A DNA stretch of 64,000 bases from Tubulanus polymorphus (lineage: Eukaryota; Animalia; Nemertea). This document shows, one piece after another, positions 53,801 to 64,000 of this stretch. The first letter of the stretch is position 1. Every line of letters begins with the position of its first letter. The stretch is from NCBI RefSeq assembly GCF_964204645.1, contig NC_134028.1, forward strand, positions 24,486,345 through 24,550,344, in the 5' to 3' direction. The notes under the pieces were generated by a model. That model was not told where the DNA came from. It worked only from the letters and a program-made list of their open reading frames with translations, and did no database searches. The position numbers were made by a program, and so were the translations under genes.

Positions 53801-56800
53801 CCCCCCCCTTGATTACTGATTAATTCGAATTCATCGAAATATGTAAGGTGTAACTAAGGGACTTACCCCCCCCCCCTTGATTACTGATTAATTCGAATTC
53901 ATCGAAATATGTAAGGTGTAACTAAGGGACTTACCCCCCCCCCCTTGATTACTGATTAATTCAAATTCATAGAAATATGTAAGGTGTAACTAAGGGACTT
54001 ACCCCCCCCCCCCCCCCTTGATTACTGATTAATTCGAATTCATCGAAATATGTAAGGTGTAACTAAGGGACTTACCCCCCCCTCCCCCTTGATTACTGAT
54101 TAATTCGAATTCATCGAAATATGTATGGTGTAACTAAGGGACTTACCCCCCCCCCCCCCCCTTGATTACTGATTAATTCGAATTCATCGAAATATGTAAG
54201 GTGTAACTAAGGGACTTACCCCCCCCCCCCCCCCTTGATTACTGATTAATGCGAATTCATAGAAATATGTAAGGTGTAACTAAGGGACTTACCCCCCCCC
54301 CCTCCCCCTTGATTACTGATTAATTCGAATTCATAGAAATATGTAAGGTGTAACTAAGGGACTTACCCCCCCCCCCCTCCCCCTTGATTACTGATTAATT
54401 CGAATTCATAGAAATATGTAAGGTGTAACTAAGGGACTTACCCCCCCCCCTCCCCCTTGATTACTGATTAATTCGAATTCATAGAAATATGTAAGGTGTA
54501 ACTAAGGGACTTACCCCCCCCCCCCCTTGATTACTGATTAATTCGAATTCATAGAAATATGTAAGGTGTAACTAAGGGACTTACCCCCCCCCCCCCTTGA
54601 TTACTGATTAATTCGAATTCATCGAAATATGTAAGGTGTAACTAAGGGACTTACCCCCCCCCCCCCTTGATTACTGATTAATTCGAATTCATCGAAATAT
54701 GTAAGGTGTAACCGAGGGACTTCCCCCCCTTGATTACTGATTAATTAGGGGGACCAATTTCTCTCATACAATTAAACGTTATCTAAAACTAGTATCAGAT
54801 ATCACTGTCTATAGTTTGACAGGTCTATAATTTCACAGATATATGCGACTACGTTTCTACATCGTTGGTCACTATAATCTAACGGTAATTAGTGTCAGCG
54901 TCGCGAGCGCATTCTTGATAAACGGTCACCGCCGACGAAACGTCTCTCCGAGGAAAAAATAACACGAAACGTCTTTCGCTGCGTTCTTTCGCCCGATTGA
55001 ATCGTCTTCGCGGTTTGATGTATCTACAGCTGTAGCCCGGATCGCGGATATAACGCGATGATCTTTATTCAGGTCCGTCGCGGTTACCGCTATCATTATC
55101 GACTTCGCGTTGCAAATCAGCGTTTCTCGCGTAATGATCGAATACGTTAGAAACCTAGTTAGCCGATCGTCGGGATTCGGGCGTCACACTCGGGGAGGAT
55201 AGAGAGAGCTCTCGTGACGTTGATTGCCGCGATACGAATATCAGTCATTAGACCGTCGTCTTTTTATTCTACCGGACGAACAGCCGATTTGATTGATTTT
55301 CACCATTTGCCGAACTGACTAGACCATCGCTTATCGTTGGCTTAAAACTCGTGCGTGTTCACGCTAACGTTCTAATTTTAGTACATCGCGATTTAGAGCG
55401 GACCAAAAGACTTTATCATGTATTTGCCTCATCATCTATAGTCGATGTATAGACATGATAAAAGTCTTAAATGTCAGTCCCCAGCTGTGTCCCGTTTGAC
55501 TCTTGAATAGAGCGAAGTTCATTTGCAGTTTTTTAGAACTCTATTTTAGGATTAAGGTTTAACTGGAAATGAGTCGAGCTAAACTCCATGAATTTTTCCC
55601 CAAAATGTGAAAAGAGTAACTTGCCACAAGTGAAATCCTCACTTTCCACAGTTGGCTCATCATTCCAATCATTGATAAACAGATTCTATTATCTGTTACT
55701 AATAAGAAAGCTACCTCCTCATATATTTTGCGTACAATGATGAAATTTCGTTGATTAGTTTTTTATTGGTTCGAGGACTGGAGCAGGAATAGAGAATGTC
55801 GATGAATTAAGAGGATTAATTATTGCGATGTAATTTTTTTTTCATCTCAGTCACGGTATTTATCACCACTGGCAGCACACGATAGCATCAGTCTCTCCCT
55901 CTCCTCCCTTCTCCCTCTCCATCTCTTCCCTTCTCCCTCCCCTCTCCCTCTCCCTCTCTTCCCTCTATCTCATATCCTTCATCCCTGTTCCTCTCTTCCC
56001 CTATATCTCCTATTTCTCCTCTCTCCCTATCTCCTATTTCTCAGTTTTTCCTTTCCTTCACTTTCCGTCTCCTCTCTCTCCTCTTTCTCCTCTCTTCTCT
56101 TTCTCTCTTTCCTTCTCACTTGTAATAATTCCCTCTTCAGTAATTATCATACACTGATTATCAGATTCACGGTGATAAATCGATTATACATGACGACAGC
56201 GGGAGAATTGTTGAAGAAGTCACCCGCGAAATGGAAGTATTGAATGCGTAGTTGAGACGGGACGAGAGACACGACCCACTCTCGTCGTACGTATTTACAC
56301 TTATACCAGCTAATCGGCACTGATTGTCTGCGCATACCTGAAATAGTTAGGCTCGATGAATTCAGTACCGAGCTCATCGTCACAGTACTGAGTGGAAATT
56401 TACTGAAAATCAGTTCAACATCGAAATTCAGTAACTGAAAGGCCATTTACTGATTGACTTTCAACACCCTCATTAGATTCAGGAACCTCAGTCAGCAGTG
56501 CCTTTTGTGTAACTGTGCCTCGTATCATTGCTACTGGATCACACAAGTGTTTTTAGGCAACCGTTCGCACGGGTGCCATACTTTTTTACCGTATCCGAAT
56601 TATCTGATGTGGCATGGCCCAAATTTGACTCGGGTCAGATCGCGACCAATTTGACCCGGGCCAAATGGTCACTGTGTAATCACAGATATATGGTCATATG
56701 ATCTAGATGCAATGATAATGCATGATGATGAGAGATTAGCCGTAGGTGATGTCAACGCTGGTTCTCCATGTTATCACTGTATGGCTATTTTCAAAGAAAT

Positions 56801-57732
56801 CATTATCTATCAGGGTCAAACTAGTCAAACGTTCGTTCCTGTCTTCATGGTCAAACAAAGTCTGCGTATCAGTTACTGATGTATATATACAGCTTTTTAC
56901 GGATCTGGAACTAGTTTTTTGGTTAAGTTTAAGAGTTAGAATTACTTCATTAGTTTTAACTGACCTATACAGAAGTGGAAAACATAAACCTAGCTAAGTT
57001 TATGAATAAAAAAGTTTAAATGTCAAATAAAACAAATGGAAGGCAGCGTAAATTGTAAATTATCTGCCTCTTTTTAAAGATGCGAACAAATTCAATTTCG
57101 AGAAAGTGATCGTGTAATTCGTCTGAGAGAAAAACTTCATCAATCGAGCGTTCGCAATTCCTCAAACTGTCAATATTTCCAGTAATAATTTCTACCCGAA
57201 AAAAAGAAGGGGGAACGCACGTTGACGCGATCGGTGATTTGTTACGAAATGCCGCGTGTCGTTTCGTAACTAATCGTACGCCGAAATCTGACTGGTAATG
57301 ATCGATATTAAAATGATTCGCGTCATCGTAAAGAATGAACGAGTCTCGGCGAGACGCGTCTGCCGTCGGAAATATCACACGTGAACTTCATTCGTCTATT
57401 TCCACCTACCGTATAAATTGTGATTCGATTAGAATTTTCAAATTTGAAACAAATTTCTCCGTCGAAAAATCCGGGTCCAATTGATTTATTATTATCGAAT
57501 GTTCAAATGTTGAAAGCGGCGATTACGCGAGCATTTTTGGTCCGCAATATGCGCGTCAGGGTATAGCCCGGATAATAGCGAGTCAAACAGTGGGCACCCC
57601 CGTGTTAAACCTTGATCCCTGAAAGTAATTTTTTCAAATGCACTAAACGTTAAGTGCTGCTCTCATTCCGGTACGTGAGATGACTTCATAGGAATTCATA
57701 GGAATCTGTCGGACTGATTCGTTTAAACCCAT

Positions 57733-57792
<60 letters not shown>

Positions 57793-57863
57793 TGCCTCTC
57801 CCTCTCCCTCTCCCTCTCCCTCTCCCTCTCCCTCTCCCTCTCCCTCTCCCTCTCCCTCTCCCT

Positions 57864-57895
<32 letters not shown>

Positions 57896-60800
57896 TTCTC
57901 TTTCTCTCTTTCCAGAGAAGCATTTGAACTGTTTTTTAATATGTTTCCGTAGTTTTATAAAGTGTTGTAATTGAGATTAGTTTCATCGCTGTCGTCACTC
58001 ATGTTTTCATGAATAGAACGCGAACTCTCTGTCAGTATCTCACCGATAAATGCCACTCCTATTAATTAATTCCCCGTTCATGATTCGTTTGAGCTCGAAT
58101 TCTTCGCGTAAACACTCCTCATAATCCTGAGGTTGCCGTCTCAAATTTTCTTCGAGATTTGTCGTCCGGTTTTGGTGCTGAGTATAGCCGCAATGGCGCG
58201 AGCGTTTAGGGTTTACGGTTGCCAAATGGGCGTCGGACGAGGCCTGAGCCAAATTCTAGCGGGGGTCAAATTATTGCGTGCGAAGTGTAACTGCTTTCCG
58301 AAGTGACTCGCTTCAGCTTCGTCCTGGCTCCGTTTAGTGTTTATTGAGTGGCTTGCATGTGAATCTAATCAGGCCCAAAACTATCAATTCTACAAGCATT
58401 TTCAACACAATCCGTAAAGTAAATCTGATAAATTGTCATTATTTTCCAGGCTACCAGTACGCGGGAGTTCAGTATGTTAAAGAATGTTGGTGCGGCGATT
58501 CATTTGGACGACACGGTAAACTAGACGAAGGATCTTGTAACCGTAAATGTCCCGGTTCAACGGACGAAACGTGCGGCGGTTTCCTCACTCAGAATATCTA
58601 TGCAACTGGAGTAGGATGTGAGTATTACCTCCTTGAGTTTATTAGGTTCTGGTTTTCAGGAATGTCTCAAGCTTATCATTCTCAGCCATTTCTAACCTCA
58701 ATGGAGAGTTTGTCAAAGTCATCGTCGAGAATGAACTGTTTTTCGTTGATGACCAATTTACAACTCTACAATTCTTGATGGATTCCTAGGGAACTTTATA
58801 TGATAATTGGAGCAGGTAATGCGTCCACCCCTATTGAAAATAATAGTCTAGCATGGCGTCCAAGGCAGCCATATCACAGCTATTGCATTACAGCAATCTG
58901 GATGGGTAGAGAAAGGTTTACCTATTTGAACCACGAATTGAACCGATAATATGAACTCTGCTGTGCAATATGTTACTTGCCTTAGATTTTTTCCCGTTTC
59001 AATTCTGCTTCGCAGCTAAACATGGCACATTCTAGTGGCACATACCAGTTACAGATATTCAAATCAACTCGGAAATGTCTGAAGTTTGTTGTTATCAAGT
59101 CTCAGCTAACGGAAGGTGGATAAGAAATTGTTTTTGATATATTTAATGTATTCCTGGGGACAAGAGAAGATAAAGACTTGAACCGACTACCGCCGCTTGC
59201 CGGTTACAGATATGCCGACACCTCTACTGATTGGAATTGTCCTTCGGCCAAAATATACTAATCAAATAGCTTTAGAGTTGAGCCAATCGAGTATAAGTCA
59301 TACTCATATCGTGCTCGCTGGTTTGACATTACCGGATTGTCCGTCTAGACGTTCTGGTTTATTTAACTAGGAATACTGGGTGTTTTCAGTGAACAGCAGT
59401 AATTATAAGACCGACTACACGAAGTTAATCAGATTGTGTTGTGCCCCTCGCCCAGTAGCTCGATCGTTGAGCCAGACACGCGTGTAGCTGCTTCTCCGCT
59501 TTCTTATATAAATGTCAGGGTTTAGATCAGTAATGCATACTCGCTATAGACTTCCCTTTATCCTGTTACTCTCTCTCCTTCTTTCCAGATCTCCTCTCTC
59601 TTCTCTCCCTTCTCGCTTCTTTCCTCCTTTCCTCCTCTCTCCTCCCTTTTCCTCTATTCTCTTCTTCCTCTCCCTTTTCTTCCTCCTTTCCCTCATCTGC
59701 TCTTCCTCCTTTCCTACCTTCTCTCCCTCTTCTCCATCTCTCTGCCCTTCCTCCATCTCCTTTTCCACTTCTCCTCTCCCCTCCCCCTCCTTCCCTCCGT
59801 CTCCCTCTCTCTCTTTTCTCCTCCCTGGCTGTCACTTTCTCATCTATCATTTGTTTTATAAGCCATTAGCCGGTTTACATTTATTCAGGCAATTAGAGTT
59901 TTTAAGCCGATGTGAAAGCATCCAATTTAAAATGAAGTCAATTTTCGAGAGATATACCGATGTGAATTCCAACGTGTTACTCGATAAATCAGTGAACATT
60001 TCTATTCTATATTTAGAGATATCTGAGAGAGAGATGCGGTTTATGAGTAAGAAGGGAGTTTATCTGTAACCTAAACGATACCGTCTGTGACCTAAATCCA
60101 AACCAATGACCTAGACCTAGATAATATAGGTCGACCTAAATAACCTACATCTGGATTATTAGTGAAACTATTAGTTATAAGCTGCAATTCTATGAACATT
60201 TTTGATGACCTGGGCCACGTGTCCTGTGGGTGTGGGCTAACCATTGATTTGATAGCATTGTTTAGTGTCGAGTCCAGGCCAAATTATCTCTGTGATCGTG
60301 GCTATGATAAAAAAATGTGCTGTAACAAAATTCATTCTGAAGATCGTAAGAAAAAAATTAGGGAAAGCTCAGGGAATTTGATAAATTTTACCAAAAATTT
60401 TGCAAATTCCGGGAATTCGGATGATGCTATTGACCACGTGTTAATTTATCAATACTTGATTCAATGAAAGATGAATGAATTGTAATTTCAAACCGAGAAA
60501 TTTCTCTGATTCACTCGCGGAATTTTGTGTTATAACAAGGAAAACTCATGGGATTTGTAAATGGGTCGAACGTGGCCACGCTGCAATATATCCTAAGATA
60601 AGAAAGTCGCGGTGGCAATTTCATCAGTGAACTTAAAAATCGAATCGTGCTTCTACAAATCCTTGGATTCAATTAGATTCGCGGCGCACGCATCAATTAT
60701 TCGTATGATCCCGCAGTTCGTCGACGAGTCAGTCGCAAATTTGAAATTCATGAGAATTTCTTTTTTCTCGGCCGCGCGTTCTCTAAATGGATATTGACAA

Positions 60801-63800
60801 TTGATTTTTGACGTTCGGTTCGATGACGAATTGATGTTGACCCGTTTCAAAAATACGGGTTACCACCAGTGGCGGCGGTGGCGGCGTCGGCGTCGAGGCC
60901 TACTGCTTGATCAATATTTAATCAGTGTCAGTCATTTACTGACGTTATTACGACTGACTGTTTCTGATGGATCCGTAATACTGATGTATCGAGATACACA
61001 ACACCGATACATACCCTACCCCAGAGAGAACGGAGATGCAAAAATAAAGAGCTCAAGATCGAAAACTGTACTACCTCAGACGTCCTGATGTCCCCTGATA
61101 CTTTATCACCATTCATCCAGTTTTTGATCGTCCTCACTAAACATGTGTTCAGGCTTCATAGATATTTCAAATTGAAAATAAACTACAAACATCACCCCTT
61201 AGACATAATTAGCTGATCATCCACATTTCACATTTGTTCAGAACTTCACCTGAGACATTTTTGACCACCACCAGAACATTTTTGAACACCAGACATGAGA
61301 CATTTTATCAGCACACTTTCAAATATTGATCACCAGTGAATGTCTGAAGTGGTTGGCTCCAATGCTGTCAATTGTTAACTGGTGTTTAATACAATGAGAT
61401 GTTGTTGTTTACCCGGTATAGCATGTGTTTTGAAGACGTTTTATTTTTGTTGTTTATTTTTTTCAGTTAAACACTATCACTATGCAAACATTGTCAACCC
61501 GGCGCATTCTAACGTGAATAAATGGATTCGAATAGCGTTCATTCTAACGTTGAATGGACGAGCCGTAAGACAAGTCAAACGACTGTTCAAAGCGATTTAT
61601 CACGTCAATCACTATTACTACATACACGTCGATTCGGTAAGTTCCCCCCCCCCAGTTTTGGCCCGACAAAAAAACGTCGCACCAGGCCCGAGCCAAACTT
61701 TAGCAGGGTTCAAATTATTGCGTGTGAATTGCAACTGGTTCCGGAAGGGACTCACTTCACTTTGTTTAAGCATTGTTTAGAGTGAGTGGTGTACATGCTC
61801 ACTAGTGACGCACTGCCAAATTCAACTCGGACCTGATCCGGGGCAAATGGTCTCATGTGATCGCTGCTATAGCTTTTCACTAATATCATTGATCCAATTA
61901 TACGGCGTGACGCAATTTTTACGAGATTCTGTACGACTACGTTTGGATTTTTTCACTGATTAATCGAACGAGCTGAGAGACTGTCACTGATTGGCTGAGA
62001 CTTCGTCGTCTGTCGTAATTATGTAATATCTGCCCGTAGCAGCGGAGAATCTTGCGTCGTGTTTATTGAATGGTCGCGCTGCAGTCAAGCGGAGATAAAC
62101 GATATAAAAATGTCGACCTTTATGAACTGTAGAGGTTTCCGCTGTTCGAGATTAAACTGGGGCTTCGCTTTCTGAGCAAATCGTTATTAGCTTATCCCTG
62201 ATAAGAGACGCGACCTTGAAGGTGACCTCATAACTGAGGAACGGGGTCGAAAAGATGTCTCGACAAACATAAGCTAGGGAACTAAACGCGTGGTAATTTT
62301 AGAGTTTGAGTTTGAGCCTGAACCCGAGGATAGTCATCGCCTATGGCTTGTTTTGAACCGTGTCACCAATGAGTGAATTCTTTTTTCATTTATGCTCTAG
62401 ATTTCTTCAGGCCGGCATCACGCCAGACCCGGGTCAATGGGGGGTTCTGTTCGAGCCTGAAGAACTGATGTCCGGTCCTGAACCTGTCCTGTCCTGTGGC
62501 ATGGTGGATAAGGTGTCTGACTCACGACTGAGAGGTTGAGGGTTGGAATCCTAGTGAAACCATGCATTCAGGCAGGACAGATATCAGTGCCGGTCGACTA
62601 ACTGATTTAACAACAAAAGTCCATATGGTACCTGGCAAAAATCTGAAGTTGGTCAGTAATAAGTACAACTAGAACTAGAGAACTCCCCCTAAATATTGGC
62701 GTTTAAGATGTGACTGACTACGAATGATTATGATACGATTACTAATTACTCAGTAATCAGCGTTTACGGCTGAATTGTAATTACGAATGAACAAATCAAC
62801 TAGATTATTCCTATAGGGAATAGCTGTGATAGTTCCCTTGATTGAACTATTCACGCACTATTAGTCGCAGCGACTAACGACGTTGAATCGAAATCAATAC
62901 GAGGACATCAAACGGTTTTAAAGTCTAATTTCGTCAATTGATGCGGGTTCGATAATTGACCCCTGCAAACTAGAAACGCGTATGAAATGAAGGATCATGT
63001 TTGCGACCGGCTGTCCGAGGCTCGCTGCGCGTACGCATTTTATTTCCTACGCTTTGATTAATAACCACGGCGACTATGGATTTAGCACTGCGCGTCGGAC
63101 GGCGGCGTCGCTGGATTCGCCTGATAACGATTATTTCATAAAAGATTCGATATAGCGGTCTCTGAACGGCGGTGAAGTAAGGCGATTACGCGTACGAGAC
63201 CCGGCCTGCCTGCGTGCGTGTGCGCGGGGCGGTGGCTGTCACTAAAACCCAGGCGTCACGGGATTAGTTTAGAAACTATAACATATCCATTAATGGTGTA
63301 ATAGTTTCAGAATGTGACAGCAGTGAGATCAGATACGCTAGACTGATCTATGAGAATTTCGTGTACACCAGGCTAACTCAATTATCATATCTGATTCGCT
63401 CGTGTATCTACTTAAATCTCGGCTCACATTCATTTCTTCAAGAAGACAGAAATTTTTTATCGTGAACATCGATTTTGATCACATTTCTTTCACTGAAATC
63501 TGAAACCGGATTCGTAAATTTAACTCAAAATCACAGATTTATAGTCACGTCCTGTAGTAAGGTATCTGTGTAGCCTGAAACGAGGGGTTCTGCCAGGGGG
63601 AAATTGTAAGATCATCTGGTATTCACCAGTCCAAAGCATAAGAAAATGGATGCTTACACGAGGCTAGTCGACCGTATCTGGTTCTTGGTCAAGTTCTAAG
63701 AATGACCGATGGTAATTTCAAACGAAAAATATGATAACCTCCTTATTGTGAAATGAAGCTCTACGAAAATAAAGATACAATTCGTGTTATGTATTTCAGA

Positions 63801-64000
63801 GACAAGATTATTTGTATCGAGAATTATACAGTTTAACGAAGGACTATCACAACGTGCGATTTACTCGGTGGAGAATGTCGACTATCTGGGGTGGCGCTAG
63901 TTTATTACAGATGTTGTTGCGTTGTATGAATGACTTGATGAACATGAACGACTGGTCGTGGGACTTCTTCTTGAATCTTAGCGAATCGGACTTCCCGATT
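40702..64000 (+). CDS. oxt: Peptide O-xylosyltransferase (oxt / XYLT, GT14) with WSC domain; 3' part lies outside the window
   Basis: Exons 40702-40920, 41614-41827, 51859-51987, 58450-58617, 61467-61636 and 63800->64000 join in frame. Type II TM anchor; [31 protein letters not shown]; WSC domain (FLGCFKD...[13 protein letters not shown]...CGG); [33 protein letters not shown]; [14 protein letters not shown]; [13 protein letters not shown]. Confidence 0.95.
41141..41443 (-). mobile_element. Second copy of the CATCCTCGC...GTGAAGATG transposon, in oxt intron 1
   Basis: Reverse complement of 17373-17698 with a small internal deletion; 9-bp flanking duplication CTCAACCAA. Confidence 0.85.
41614..41827 (+). 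CDS. oxt: oxt coding exon 2
   Basis: ttttag acceptor; XylT N-terminal Cys motif; GTAAGA donor. Confidence 0.92.
45361..45785 (+). repeat. Minisatellite, unit about 31-36 bp, about 12 copies
   Basis: Unit CCATCCATCGGTCATCCCCCTCACACCTCATGCGG; explains the repetitive ORFs at 45342-45912. Confidence 0.95.
47750..47901. repeat. (TA)n microsatellite
   Basis: About 150 bp of TA repeat. Confidence 0.97.
51859..51987 (+). CDS. oxt: oxt coding exon 3 (WSC domain, first half; not in ORF track)
   Basis: tttgcag acceptor; [20 protein letters not shown]...[14 protein letters not shown]; GTAAGT donor. Confidence 0.92.
   Translation: MKMKVNFSDVSKMSNRTEICRLTTSFLKPTIRQKNAFIPAID
52941..52990 (+). ncRNA. Minimal hammerhead ribozyme motif in a Penelope-like pLTR fragment (about 52941-53045), oxt intron 3
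   Basis: TTATTC-CTGAAGA-T-GGCTAT(TAGGAT)ATAGTC-GAAAC-GTT-GAAATAA, with an intact 6-bp helix II. Confidence 0.55.
53674..54747 (+). repeat. Minisatellite, unit about 68-75 bp with variable poly-C, 15 copies plus a partial copy
   Basis: Unit TTGATTACTGATTAATTCGAATTCATMGAAATATGTAAGGTGTAACTAAGGGACTTA(C)n. Confidence 0.97.
55893..56119. repeat. CT-rich low-complexity tract
   Basis: Polypyrimidine run; similar tracts at 50245-50330, 53118-53310 and 59565-59825. Confidence 0.85.
57733..57913. repeat. (CT)n/(CTCCCT)n microsatellite
   Basis: Direct reading; gives the spurious ER-repeat ORF. Confidence 0.95.
58450..58617 (+). CDS. oxt: oxt coding exon 4 (WSC domain, second half)
   Basis: ttttccag acceptor; [17 protein letters not shown]...CNRKCPG...CGG; GTGAGT donor. 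Confidence 0.93.
61467..61636 (+). CDS. oxt: oxt coding exon 5 (start of GT14 domain)
   Basis: tttcag acceptor; [37 protein letters not shown]; GTAAGT donor. Confidence 0.93.
61685..61870 (+). repeat. Dispersed repeat family (relatives at about 58240-58360, 47030-47210 and 56615-56690)
   Basis: Shared GAGCCAAA..TAGC.GGG.TCAAATTATTGCGTG.GAA.TG.AACTG and CCGGG.CAAATGGTC motifs. Confidence 0.55.
62491..62660 (+). mobile_element. tRNA-derived SINE-like fragment
   Basis: A-box TGGCATGGTGG and B-box GGTTGGAATCC at tRNA-like spacing, followed by a body containing ATGGTACCTGG. Confidence 0.5.
63800..64000 (+). CDS. oxt: oxt coding exon 6 (truncated by the window edge)
   Basis: tttcag acceptor; RQDYLYREL...[17 protein letters not shown]...[14 protein letters not shown]. 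Confidence 0.95.

Noticed and set aside
53674-54747. CRISPR-like array appearance
   Set aside because: No unique spacers (only poly-C), no cas genes, and it lies in a eukaryotic intron
59512-60069. 185-aa S/P/L/F-rich ORF and antisense E/R/G-rich ORFs
   Set aside because: Derived from a CT-rich low-complexity tract

Overview
Eukaryotic (invertebrate metazoan-like, AT-rich, CpG not depleted) genomic DNA with GT-AG introns, so most short ORFs in the track are spurious. I reconstructed four protein-coding loci by hand. (1) The 5' half of a receptor guanylate cyclase / natriuretic-peptide-receptor-like gene (- strand, 6 coding exons 6160->292, runs off the left edge). (2) An intronless class A peptide-type GPCR (+, 27314..28372) whose reading frame stays open for 39 C-tail-like codons after its TGA. 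(3) A compact RUN-PDZ-PTB domain gene (-, ATG 40121, at least 18 small exons down to 34783, last exon unresolved) that the ORF track almost entirely misses. (4) A WSC-domain peptide O-xylosyltransferase (oxt/XYLT, +, ATG 40702, 6 exons, runs off the right edge), head-to-head with gene 3. Non-coding DNA holds MITEs (including a filled/empty site pair with TSD), tRNA-derived SINE-like heads, minisatellites, microsatellites, and three minimal hammerhead-ribozyme motifs of the Penelope-like-element type, two of them inside inverted-repeat structures. There is no CRISPR array, rRNA or intact tRNA. All calls come from reading the sequence; no database searches were run.
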